This document shows, piece after piece, positions 16,332 through 25,170 of a DNA stretch of 29,123 nt (position 1 is the first letter of the stretch; each line of letters opens with the position of its first letter). The position numbers and the translations under genes were made by a program. Source of the stretch: an uncultured Eubacteriales bacterium (GTDB taxonomy: Bacteria; Bacillota; Clostridia; Oscillospirales; Acutalibacteraceae); NCBI GenBank assembly GCA_964604065.1, contig CAZRXQ010000002.1, forward strand, positions 1 through 29,123. The letters run 5' to 3'. The notes beneath the pieces are model-generated. The model worked only from the letters and a program-made list of their open reading frames with translations. It had not been told where the DNA came from and did not search any database.

Positions 16332-17768
16332 ATGGGATTGAAACAGGCGGCAATGGGCATTACACTCAAAAAAGGCATTAAAGCCCTTAAGGAGGATTTT
16401 GACGGTAACTCGATTAAGTTCATTGATATGGGACTTAAGCTTTTTAAAGAGGACGACATCCGTTACAAATCGCTTATGCGCTTAAGACAGGGACTTACAA
16501 GACCCGGCAATATGTGGGCAGATTACATTAAGAAATTCTTTATGTACACCGACGCCGAGGTTTTAAGTAAGCTTACAAAGCCCTTTTTAAACGCGGTAAT
16601 TAACAGCTACGCTTTAAGAAAAGAAAATTCCGAAAAGTACGATTGCAACATTCCGTGGGCTATTCTTCTTGACCCCACAACGGCTTGCAATCTTCATTGC
16701 ACCGGCTGCTGGGCGGCAGACTACTCAAAGGCAACACAGCTTTCTTACGAGGATATTAACAAAATAGTAACAGAGGGCAAGGCTCTCGGTACATTCGTTT
16801 ACCTTTACACAGGCGGCGAGCCGCTTATGAAAAAGGACTTGCTTATAAGAATAGCAAAAGAAAATCCCGACTGCCTGTTTATGGCATTCACAAACGGTAC
16901 TCTCGTTGACGGTGCTTTTGCCGACGCACTTAAGGATGCGGGCAATATGTGGCCGATATTCTCCATTGAGGGTAACGAGGAAACAACCGATTCACGCCGC
17001 GGCGCAGGTACATACAAGGCTGTTCTTAACGGCATTAAGGAAGTAAGAGAACGCGGAGTTCCGTTCGGTGCATCTCTTTGCTACACAAAGGTTAATGCCG
17101 ATGTTATAGCCTCCGACGAAAACGCGGACTTCCTTATCGACCTCGGTGTTCTTTTCGCGTGGTTGTTCACATTTGTTCCCGTAGGTGTTGATTCCACACC
17201 CGAGCTTATGGCAACTCCCGAACAGCGCGAGCATATGTACAATCAGGTAAGAAAGTGGCGCTTTGAAGAAGGTAAGCAGAAGCCCATATTCACAATCGAC
17301 TTCTTCAACGACGGCGAATATGTAGGCGGATGTATTGCCGGCGGTAAGCAGTATTTCCACATTTCTCCCAACGGCGACTGCGAGCCCTGCGTATTTGCAC
17401 ACTATTCAACCGTTAATATTAAAGACGAAAACACTCATATGATAGACGTATTGAGAAGCCCGATGTTTATGGCTTACAGAAAGCGTCAGCCGTTCAGTGA
17501 CAATATGTTAAGACCGTGCCCCGTTATGGACCAGCCCGGTGCTCTTAAGAAAATGGTTCACGAAACAGGCGCTATGTCCACAGATTACAAGTGCCCCGAG
17601 AATGTTGACGACCTCTTTGCGAAAACCGTTAATACGGCGGCTAAGTGGAAGGAAACAGCAGACAGAATGGCAGACAAATACGGCTTTACAAAGGTTCGCT
17701 TAAGAAGTATCGCGCTTTACGACGATGCCGAAAGCCGCCACATTCACGACTTTAATGATTTCGAATAA
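16332..17768 (+). CDS. Radical SAM protein with SPASM/twitch-like C-terminal domain
   Basis: CNLHCTGC (CxxxCxxC), TGGEP, FTNG, GGCIAGG...DCEPC...RPCP; ATG 16332 after AAAAGGTGG. Confidence 0.9.
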   Translation: MGLKQAAMGITLKKGIKALKEDFDGNSIKFIDMGLKLFKEDDIRYKSLMRLRQGLTRPGNMWADYIKKFFMYTDAEVLSKLTKPFLNAVINSYALRKENSEKYDCNIPWAILLDPTTACNLHCTGCWAADYSKATQLSYEDINKIVTEGKALGTFVYLYTGGEPLMKKDLLIRIAKENPDCLFMAFTNGTLVDGAFADALKDAGNMWPIFSIEGNEETTDSRRGAGTYKAVLNGIKEVRERGVPFGASLCYTKVNADVIASDENADFLIDLGVLFAWLFTFVPVGVDSTPELMATPEQREHMYNQVRKWRFEEGKQKPIFTIDFFNDGEYVGGCIAGGKQYFHISPNGDCEPCVFAHYSTVNIKDENTHMIDVLRSPMFMAYRKRQPFSDNMLRPCPVMDQPGALKKMVHETGAMSTDYKCPENVDDLFAKTVNTAAKWKETADRMADKYGFTKVRLRSIALYDDAESRHIHDFNDFE

Positions 17769-19353
17769 ACAAAGCCCGAATATCCGCAGCACCCATCGCC
17801 TGCCGAGAATATCGGCGGGCGAGTGCGGCGTTTCTTTGAACGGGATAAATAATCTGTTAGAGGATTTTAAAAATAATAATGTAAGCCTGCACAGCTTTAT
17901 GCTTTTAAAAGACGGTGCGGTTGCCTTTGAATGCTATGCATATCCTTTTTCCGAAGACGACACGCATTCTGTTTATTCCGTAAGCAAAAGCATTTTGAGT
18001 ATAGCGCTTTCGTTTGCCTTAAACGAAGGACTTTTGTCGCTTGACACGCGCTTTGTTGATGTGTTCCCGAAATACAAAAGCACACGCGACAAATGCTTAA
18101 AAAAGCTTTCCGTGTACGACCTTATCTCAATGCGAAGCGGAAAGCGGCTTTCCGTTCTTATGAAAAAGAGCGACGACTGGGTAGATGATTTTGCGGGCGC
18201 TCCGTGGGATTTTGAGCCCGGGACGGATTTTCGCTATGTAAACGAAAACTATTACGTTCTTTCGGAGATGCTTTGCACGCTTTCGGGAATGTCGCTTACA
18301 GAATATCTTACGCCGCGACTTTATGAGCCGCTCGGAATAGAACCGCCCTTTTGGGAGACCTCTCCGAAAGGATACGAAGCGGGCGGGTGGGGAATTCACC
18401 TTAAAACAGAGGATATTGCAAAGCTTGTTTTGTGCTGTCAAAACGACGGAGTATACGAAGGCAAACAGGTAATCGACGCAGAATACATTAAAAAAGCAAC
18501 GTCGAAATTAAGCGAGACCTCGGGCTCTCAAAGAAAGCCCGACAGCAGAGCGGGCTACGGCTACGGCTTTTGGCAATGTGAAAATAAGTATGCGGATTTT
18601 CGCCTTGAAGGAATGTATTCGCAATATGCGATTTCTCTTAAGGCGTTTAATGCGTGCATCGTCACAACCTCTACCTGCGCCGATTTACAGCTTACGCTTG
18701 ACGTTTTGTGGAGACACCTTGAAGAGCTTTTTGAGGGCAAAAACGATACAAAAAAGTTTTTTGAGCTTCCTTCGGAATTACCCCTAAAAAGCGAAAGAAG
18801 AAAAGAAACGGAAGAAAGAATATCCGGTTCTCTGTATAAAATCAAAAGAAAGCGGTTTTTAAAAAGAATCGGACGCGAGGTTTCCGTTTTTCCGATGCAG
18901 ACAATATATTTTGCAAAGGAAAAGGGCGGAAACATCGACAATGTTCGTTTTGATTTTGAAAAGGACAGGCTTTATTTTTCGTGGAACGAGCACAAGGTGT
19001 TCGATAATAAAATCGCCTGCGGCTTAAACGGACAATGGGAAATTTCCGAAATGACGCTCGGCGAAGTGAAGCTTCGCGTTTACTCATATGCGCGCTGGCT
19101 TGACGACGAAAAGCTTGAAATAACGGTTTTACCCGTAGGCGAAGCCGCGTTAAGGCGGTTTGTGTTTAAATTCTCGGGCGACCGTATTACGTTTTATCCA
19201 GACGCAAAGCCGTCTCTTCGCGAAAATTCGAGGTCTGTGGGCGAAACGATTAAATGTGTTCTTCCGGGGGCGTATTTTAAAATGTGGGTAGACATTCTCG
19301 TGCCGAAGGTCACGTCCATTTTACAGCCGCCCCACAAAGGCAAAAAAATATAA
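17755..19353 (+). CDS. Serine hydrolase, beta-lactamase/PBP-like (class C/esterase family) with C-terminal extension
   Basis: YSVSKS (SxxK), FRYVN (YxN), LYEPLGI, GGWG, GYGYGFW; ATG 17755 overlaps the radical SAM stop. Confidence 0.85.
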   Translation: MISNKQSPNIRSTHRLPRISAGECGVSLNGINNLLEDFKNNNVSLHSFMLLKDGAVAFECYAYPFSEDDTHSVYSVSKSILSIALSFALNEGLLSLDTRFVDVFPKYKSTRDKCLKKLSVYDLISMRSGKRLSVLMKKSDDWVDDFAGAPWDFEPGTDFRYVNENYYVLSEMLCTLSGMSLTEYLTPRLYEPLGIEPPFWETSPKGYEAGGWGIHLKTEDIAKLVLCCQNDGVYEGKQVIDAEYIKKATSKLSETSGSQRKPDSRAGYGYGFWQCENKYADFRLEGMYSQYAISLKAFNACIVTTSTCADLQLTLDVLWRHLEELFEGKNDTKKFFELPSELPLKSERRKETEERISGSLYKIKRKRFLKRIGREVSVFPMQTIYFAKEKGGNIDNVRFDFEKDRLYFSWNEHKVFDNKIACGLNGQWEISEMTLGEVKLRVYSYARWLDDEKLEITVLPVGEAALRRFVFKFSGDRITFYPDAKPSLRENSRSVGETIKCVLPGAYFKMWVDILVPKVTSILQPPHKGKKI

Positions 19354-19355
19354 CA

Positions 19356-19398
19356 AAAAGGGGATGTAGAAAAACAGGCGTTTTTTACAGCCCCTTTT
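19356..19398. terminator. Bidirectional terminator
   Basis: aaaagggg-a-tgtagaaaaac / gttttttaca-g-cccctttt between convergent genes. Confidence 0.75.
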
Positions 19399-19404
19399 AA
19401 GAGG

Positions 19405-19755
19405 TTATATTATACCGAGACCGAAGCTCACCGAAAGAGCCTTGTTTATTCGGTCCATATCATCATCGGGCAAATTGCCCATACGTTCTTTAAGGCGTGT
19501 TTTATCAATCGTTCTTATTTGCTCCAAAAGGACAACGGAATCCTTCGAAAGACCGCATTCGTCTGCATTGACGCTTATGTGCGTGGGAAGGTTTGCTTTA
19601 AGCTTTTTGCTTGTAATCGCCGCGGCAATTACAGTCGGGCTGAATTTATTTCCGACGTCGTTTTGAACAATAAGTACGGGTCTTGTTCCGCCTTGTTCCG
19701 AGCCTACTACGGGGCTTAGGTCTGCGTAGTATATATCTCCTCGCTTTACACTCAC
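19405..19755 (-). CDS. mazF: MazF/PemK (NdoA-like) endoribonuclease toxin, 116 aa
   Basis: VKRGDIYYADLSPVVGSEQGGTRPVLIVQND, PTVIAAAITS, LLEQIRTIDK; GTG 19755 after GGAGAG. Confidence 0.95.
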   Translation of the reverse strand: MSVKRGDIYYADLSPVVGSEQGGTRPVLIVQNDVGNKFSPTVIAAAITSKKLKANLPTHISVNADECGLSKDSVVLLEQIRTIDKTRLKERMGNLPDDDMDRINKALSVSFGLGII

Positions 19756-19874
19756 GGTATCACTCTCCGTAAATTTATTTACATCGTTAGTATTGTCATT
19801 TTCGCTGTAAATAATCAAATTTTTTTGAGGAGCACTCGGTATTATAATATACAATATCGCCCAAAGTGTTATAC

Positions 19875-19903
19875 TTGACAATAATGTCGAAAAGGTGTAA
19901 TAT
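19875..19903 (+). promoter_or_regulatory. Promoter of metK
   Basis: TTGACA-17-TAATAT. Confidence 0.65.
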
Positions 19904-19943
19904 ATGCGGGTAATTATAAATGAAGCATTAGGAGCTGAAATTT

Positions 19944-21131
19944 ATGGCAAGAAGATTTTTTACTTCGGAATCGGTTACAGAGGGTCATCCCGATAAAATT
20001 TGCGACAATATTTCCGACGCCGTTCTCGATGCTATAATAGCACAGGACAAAAATGCGCGTGTTGCTTGCGAGACAACCTGCACAACAGGCGTTGTTACGG
20101 TTATGGGTGAAATTACCACAACCGCCTCGGTGGATATTCCGAAAATCGTAAGAGACGTTGTTTGCGACATCGGCTTTAACAACCCGTCTTACGGCTTTGA
20201 CGGCAATACCTGCGCCGTATTTACCACAATAGACAAGCAGTCCGCGGACATTTCCATGGGCGTTGAAAAGTCACTTGAGTTAAAGGACGGCGAAAGCGAT
20301 CCTTATAACCTCAGAGGTGCGGGCGACCAGGGTATGATGTTCGGCTTTGCGTGCGACGACACAGAAGAGCTTATGCCTCTTCCCATTTCACTTGCACACA
20401 AGCTTGCTCTTCGCCTTACAAAGGTAAGAAAAGACGGCACTCTTACATATTTAAGACCCGACGGAAAAAGCCAGGTTACAATTGAGTATGACGAAAATGA
20501 CAAGCCCGTAAGAGTAGATGCCGTTGTTATTTCGTCTCAGCACGACCCGATGGACATTTCCGTTTTAAGAAGTGATATAATCGAGCACGTTATTAAGCCG
20601 ATTATTCCCGCGGAATACATAGACGAAAATACAAAGTATTACGTTAACCCCACGGGTAATTTCGTGATCGGCGGACCGGCAGGCGACAGCGGACTTACCG
20701 GCAGAAAAATAATTGTCGATACATACGGCGGGTATTCACGTCACGGCGGCGGAGCTTTCTCCGGTAAAGACCCCACAAAGGTTGACCGCAGTGCCGCATA
20801 TGCCGCAAGATACGTTGCCAAAAACATTGTTGCGGCGGGACTTGCACACAAGTGCGAGCTTCAGCTTGCATATGCAATAGGCGTTGCGCATCCGCTTTCC
20901 GTAAGAGTTGACACCTTCGGAACGGGCGTTGTTTCCGATGATAAGCTTGAGGAGCTTGTTAATAAATATTTTGATTTGCGTCCTGCCGCGATTATCGAAA
21001 AACTTGACCTTTTGAAGCCGCAGTACAGAGCTCTTGCGGCGTACGGTCATATGGGCAGAACGGATCTTGATGTTGCGTGGGAAAAAACGGATATGGCACA
21101 AACACTTAAGGAAGCGGTAAAAGAGCTTTAA
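19944..21131 (+). CDS. metK: S-adenosylmethionine synthetase
   Basis: [49 protein letters not shown]. Confidence 0.99.
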   Translation: MARRFFTSESVTEGHPDKICDNISDAVLDAIIAQDKNARVACETTCTTGVVTVMGEITTTASVDIPKIVRDVVCDIGFNNPSYGFDGNTCAVFTTIDKQSADISMGVEKSLELKDGESDPYNLRGAGDQGMMFGFACDDTEELMPLPISLAHKLALRLTKVRKDGTLTYLRPDGKSQVTIEYDENDKPVRVDAVVISSQHDPMDISVLRSDIIEHVIKPIIPAEYIDENTKYYVNPTGNFVIGGPAGDSGLTGRKIIVDTYGGYSRHGGGAFSGKDPTKVDRSAAYAARYVAKNIVAAGLAHKCELQLAYAIGVAHPLSVRVDTFGTGVVSDDKLEELVNKYFDLRPAAIIEKLDLLKPQYRALAAYGHMGRTDLDVAWEKTDMAQTLKEAVKEL

Positions 21132-21134
21132 AAA

Positions 21135-21851
21135 ATGGGCGGCGGCAGTAATACCGATAACAAAAACATTCACGCCGGGCACAGAGAGCGTGTGCGTGAA
21201 AATGTTACAACAAACGGGTATTCACAGCTCGAGGACCACAGACTCCTTGAGCTGTTGCTGTTTTATTCCATTCCACGCGGCGACACAAATGAAATCGCAC
21301 ACAACCTTATTGAAGAATGCGGCTCGTTATACAATGTTTTAAAAGCAGATCCCGAAAAATTAAAGCGTGTAAAGGGTATCGGAGATAACAGTACTGTTTT
21401 CATCGGAGCGCTTAATGAACTGTATGAACGGTTATCGGGTGAAGGGTGCGACGGTAAAACCACATACGGAAAGACCTTTGAATTGTCAAGGCTTGCAAGG
21501 TGCAAATTCCGTAATTTGAATGTAGAACAGATTCACTTATATTGCTTTGATAAGGCAATGCATCTTTTAAAAACCTTCCTTATAACCGAAGGTGATTTTA
21601 ATTCGGTCGAAATTGATTTAAAGCTTATAACTACATCTGCTATAAGTGTAGATGCGTCGTTTGTTGCGATAATGCACAACCATCCGCATTCAAGCGAATT
21701 GCCGTCTGTGAGCGACATTGACGCAACAAGACAGATTTCCGTTCATTTAAGAAAAATGGGAATTTTGCTTGCAGACCACATCATTATCGGACAAACGGGT
21801 AAGTGCTATTCCTTTAAATCCGACAAACGGTACGAGAATTTTCTTTTCTGA
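21135..21851 (+). CDS. radC: RadC/UPF0758 JAB-domain protein with HhH
   Basis: GHRERVR, LLELLLFYSIPRGDTN, VKGIG (HhH), HNHPHSSELPSVSD (JAMM), LADHIIIG. Confidence 0.9.
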   Translation: MGGGSNTDNKNIHAGHRERVRENVTTNGYSQLEDHRLLELLLFYSIPRGDTNEIAHNLIEECGSLYNVLKADPEKLKRVKGIGDNSTVFIGALNELYERLSGEGCDGKTTYGKTFELSRLARCKFRNLNVEQIHLYCFDKAMHLLKTFLITEGDFNSVEIDLKLITTSAISVDASFVAIMHNHPHSSELPSVSDIDATRQISVHLRKMGILLADHIIIGQTGKCYSFKSDKRYENFLF

Positions 21852-21887
21852 TTACATTCGATTAATCAATAAAATATTTTTGGACGC

Positions 21888-21917
21888 AGTGCAACCTTGA
21901 ACGTGGTTGCACTTTTG
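21888..21917 (+). terminator. Intrinsic terminator after radC
   Basis: agtgcaacc/ggttgcact 9-bp stem followed by T tract. Confidence 0.75.
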
Positions 21918-21967
21918 TCGGTTACGGCTGATAATGTGATTTTTTCGAAATGTTTTCGCGATAATTC

Positions 21968-22058
21968 GATATTATTCGGAACGATATCACGATATTTTTG
22001 ATGTTGTTCGGAATAATATCAAAATATTATTGACATTATTCCGAATCGGCGGTACAAT
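21968..22058 (+). promoter_or_regulatory. Promoter with 22-bp-arm inverted repeat and repeated ATTATTCSGAA operator-like motif
   Basis: Arms 21968-21989 and 21999-22020; third copy in the spacer of TTGACA(22030)-17-TACAAT(22053). Confidence 0.7.
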
Positions 22059-22088
22059 ATCGGTGTAATTTATTCTCGGAGGTATACT

Positions 22089-23948
22089 ATGGCTGATACT
22101 ATGCTTGTAAGAGATGCTGCAAAGCTTTGGAATATATCGGAAAGAAGAGTTTCGTATCTTTGCAAAAAAGGGCAAATCGAAGGTGCAGTAAAAAAAGGCA
22201 GAGCGTGGCTTATTCCGATTAACGCCGAAAAGCCTACAGACGGCAGAATAAAGTCGGGATCTTACACCAAATACGCCCGACCCGCAAACCTGCCTTTGCC
22301 GATAGGGATTTCCGATTACCGCTTAGCTTCTACCGAATATTATTACATTGATAAGACAATGATGATTAAGGATTTTATCGACGAACGTCCGATGGTGTCC
22401 TTGTTTACGCGCCCGAGAAGATTCGGTAAAACCCTGAATATGGATATGCTTCGCACTTTTTTCGAGAAAACCGACGAAGATACTTCCGTCTACTTCAAAG
22501 ATAAAGCAATTTGGTCTTGCGGTCAAAAATACCGCGCTTATCAAGGGCAGTATCCCGTCATTTTCGTTACGTTTAAGGATGTTAAGTGCGAAACCTGGGA
22601 AGCGACATACGACTTAATATATCAGATTTTGCGCGGTGAATTTGAAAGGCACAGTGAGCTTTTGGAAAGCTCGGCTTTAAGTTCGTACAGCAAGGAGTAT
22701 ATTCGAAAGGTGCTTGACTTCAAGGCGTCGGAGAATGATATGATGATATCGCTTTCGAAGCTGTCGCAAATACTTGAAGAGCATTATAACAAAAAAGCTA
22801 TTATTATCATCGACGAATACGATATTCCCATTCAGCAGGGCTATATGCAGGGCTTTTACGATAAGGTCATACTGTTTATGCGAAACCTTTTTTCGGGCGG
22901 CTTTAAGGATAATAAGCACCTGTCGTACGGCTTTTTGACGGGTATTTTGCGCGTTGCGAAGGAAAGCATATTCAGCGGACTGAATAACCTTACAATTTAC
23001 TCGGTTTTAGACAATAAATACAGCTCTTACTTCGGATTTACCGCAGATGAAATAAAGCAGATGGCGTCATATTACGGCGTTAGCGGTAAGTTCGACGAAT
23101 TATGCGAATGGTATGACGGCTACCGCTTCGGCAAGACGGAGATTTTCAATCCGTGGTCTGTTATCAACTACTTTCATAATGAGTGTGAGCCGAGAGCATT
23201 TTGGCAGTCTACGGGCAGTAACGATATTATCGGAGAGATTATTGCCGAAGCAGATAAAGAAATATACGAAAAGCTTACGTCTCTTGTTAACGGAGAGACC
23301 TTTACCACCTACATTGACACCGGTGTTATTTACCCGCAGATTAAAAGCAACCCCTCTACCGTTTACAGCTTTTTGCTTGTCGCGGGTTATTTGAAGGTGC
23401 TTAAAACAGCCCTCTCATTTAACGGGGATTTTATGTGCGAGGTTGCAATTCCCAACAGAGAGATATCCCTTGTATATCACAAGGAAATTCTGCAAAAGCT
23501 TGACAGTATTATTCCTCAGCCAACCGCGGTTTCCGTTCAGGAGGCAATTTTTTCCGGTGATAACGAAAAACTGAAAGTGTCAATTCAAACTCTTCTTACC
23601 CAGTCGGTAAGCTCGTTTGATACGGCAGGTGAAAATTTTTATCACGGATTTATGCTCGGTCTTTGTGCCTTGCTCGGCGGCTCTTTTGTGTCGTCAAACA
23701 GAGAATCGGGTGACGGCAGATATGATATTCAGTTAAAGCCCAACAGCAAAAAACTGCCCGGTATCTTAATTGAACTCAAAGCCGGAAAGAATTGCACCGA
23801 GGAACAGCTTAAAAAGCTTTCTGAAGCCGCACTCGTGCAAATCAACGATAAAAAATACGACACCGAGCTTTTTGCCGCGGGCGTTAAAACCGTTTATAAA
23901 TACGGTGTGGCATTCAGTGGTAAAAATGTTGAGGTTTCGGTGGGGTAA
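22089..23948 (+). CDS. AAA-ATPase-like / PD-(D/E)XK nuclease protein with N-terminal HTH
   Basis: HTH VRDAAKLWNISERRVSYLC...GRAWLIP; Walker A RPRRFGKT; Walker B IIIIDEYD; GRYDIQL...IELK nuclease motif; GGAGG RBS. Confidence 0.88.
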   Translation: MADTMLVRDAAKLWNISERRVSYLCKKGQIEGAVKKGRAWLIPINAEKPTDGRIKSGSYTKYARPANLPLPIGISDYRLASTEYYYIDKTMMIKDFIDERPMVSLFTRPRRFGKTLNMDMLRTFFEKTDEDTSVYFKDKAIWSCGQKYRAYQGQYPVIFVTFKDVKCETWEATYDLIYQILRGEFERHSELLESSALSSYSKEYIRKVLDFKASENDMMISLSKLSQILEEHYNKKAIIIIDEYDIPIQQGYMQGFYDKVILFMRNLFSGGFKDNKHLSYGFLTGILRVAKESIFSGLNNLTIYSVLDNKYSSYFGFTADEIKQMASYYGVSGKFDELCEWYDGYRFGKTEIFNPWSVINYFHNECEPRAFWQSTGSNDIIGEIIAEADKEIYEKLTSLVNGETFTTYIDTGVIYPQIKSNPSTVYSFLLVAGYLKVLKTALSFNGDFMCEVAIPNREISLVYHKEILQKLDSIIPQPTAVSVQEAIFSGDNEKLKVSIQTLLTQSVSSFDTAGENFYHGFMLGLCALLGGSFVSSNRESGDGRYDIQLKPNSKKLPGILIELKAGKNCTEEQLKKLSEAALVQINDKKYDTELFAAGVKTVYKYGVAFSGKNVEVSVG

Positions 23949-23980
23949 TATTTCGGCTTGATTGACCGATGTTTTCTCTT

Positions 23981-24499
23981 TTACCGCATAAAAAGTCTTA
24001 CCGCAACCGGTGAGAGAATATAGCTTATTATATCCGCACATGCGGCGCACGGTAATGTGTGCCGTGTGTTTTTTATTCCCGCAGAGCCGTAATAAAGCGT
24101 TATTGCGTAGAAGGTTGTTTCGGTTGAGCCCATAAGGACGCTTGCGCATTTTCCTGCGAAGGAATCCGGTCCGAAGTCCTTTAAAATGCTTTCGAACATC
24201 GTAACCGAGCCGCTTCCCGATATCGGCGAAAGAAGAGCAAGCGGCAGTACCTCCTTCGGAATACCCAGTACCTTTGCGACGGGTGAAAGAAGGCTTGTTA
24301 AGACCTCGAGTCCGCCCGAAGCTTTGAGCATTGAAACAGCCGTTAAAAGCGCTATGAGCGGGGGAGTTATGTCGAGAACGGTTTTAAAGCCGCTTTTTGC
24401 GCCCTCCGAAAAGCAGTCGAATACATTTATTCCCTTGACTGCCCCGAAAATGACAATTGACGTTGCAAGTGCGGGGAGAATCCAATCGGTAAAATTCAT
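23981..24499 (-). CDS. spmB: Spore maturation protein B
   Basis: FDCFSEGAKSG, LLSPISGSG, LMGSTETTFY, YYGSAGIKNTRH. Confidence 0.92.
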   Translation of the reverse strand: MNFTDWILPALATSIVIFGAVKGINVFDCFSEGAKSGFKTVLDITPPLIALLTAVSMLKASGGLEVLTSLLSPVAKVLGIPKEVLPLALLSPISGSGSVTMFESILKDFGPDSFAGKCASVLMGSTETTFYAITLYYGSAGIKNTRHTLPCAACADIISYILSPVAVRLFMR

Positions 24500-25095
24500 A
24501 TGCTGCCTCTTTTTCTTTCAAAAGGAAAAAGCTTTTCCAAAATAAATGCGAGAACAAGACTTATAAAAAGTGCCGAAAATGATGTGAAAAGACCCGGGAA
24601 AAGCGGCGCAAGCGGCGCGGAGCTCCCGTATTCTTTTCTTAAGAGTGCAACAGTAGTCGGCACAAGGTGAAGCGCCGCAGAATTCATAACAACGAATCTT
24701 ACGGTGTTGTTGCTTGCGGTGCTGTTTTTGCATTCGAGCGCGGAAAGCCTTTTCATAGCCTCAAGTCCGAACGGCGTGGCGGCACTGCCGAGTCCCAAAA
24801 AATTTGCCGTTATGTTCATAGCTATTGCGTTTTTTGCTTTTTTGTCGTGAAGTCCCGGGAAAATAAGCGATAAAAGCGGCGAAAAGCACCGACAAATTAT
24901 TTTTGTTAATCCGCTTTTTTCGGCGATATTCATAAGTCCGTTCCAAAAGCAGATTATTCCGAGAAGCTTAATTGCAAGCGTTACGCCCTCGCCGCCGCCG
25001 GAAATAACGGCATTTGACAGCTCGGCGGCATTTCCCGTGGCAACGGCGCAAAAAACAGAGAAAATCATCATAAGCGGCCATATATAGTTCATCAT
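24496..25095 (-). CDS. spmA: Spore maturation protein A
   Basis: MNYIW, FWNGLMNIAEKSG, NITANFLGLGSAATPFGLEAM; ATG 25095 (or 25092) after GGGAGG; 4-bp overlap with spmB. Confidence 0.92.
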   Translation of the reverse strand: MMNYIWPLMMIFSVFCAVATGNAAELSNAVISGGGEGVTLAIKLLGIICFWNGLMNIAEKSGLTKIICRCFSPLLSLIFPGLHDKKAKNAIAMNITANFLGLGSAATPFGLEAMKRLSALECKNSTASNNTVRFVVMNSAALHLVPTTVALLRKEYGSSAPLAPLFPGLFTSFSALFISLVLAFILEKLFPFERKRGSI

Positions 25096-25170
25096 AAAAA
25101 AGCCCTCCCGAAAAAGGATTATTCGGCTTTTTCGGGAAATATACATACGGGCGACATAGGAACACTGTTT

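Noticed and set aside
17755-19353. Calling the serine hydrolase an antibiotic-resistance beta-lactamase
   Set aside because: No signal peptide and a non-canonical third motif; most members of this family are esterases or amidases
19405-19755. Absence of UACAU (B. subtilis MazF site) in the mazF mRNA as self-protection
   Set aside because: Less than one site is expected by chance in 350 nt, so the absence is uninformative
19756-19881. 42-aa N-terminal extension of MazF in the ORF track, considered as a fused antitoxin
   Set aside because: The TTG start lacks an RBS and overlaps the metK promoter; GTG 19755 has a good RBS and gives the canonical 116 aa; the extension has no RHH/AbrB character
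19904-19943. SAM (S-box) riboswitch expected upstream of metK
   Set aside because: Leader is only ~35 nt and has no S-box core sequence
21968-22020. Palindrome as an IS/MITE end or CRISPR repeat
   Set aside because: No transposase, no matching repeat at the other end of the AAA gene, and no repeat-spacer array
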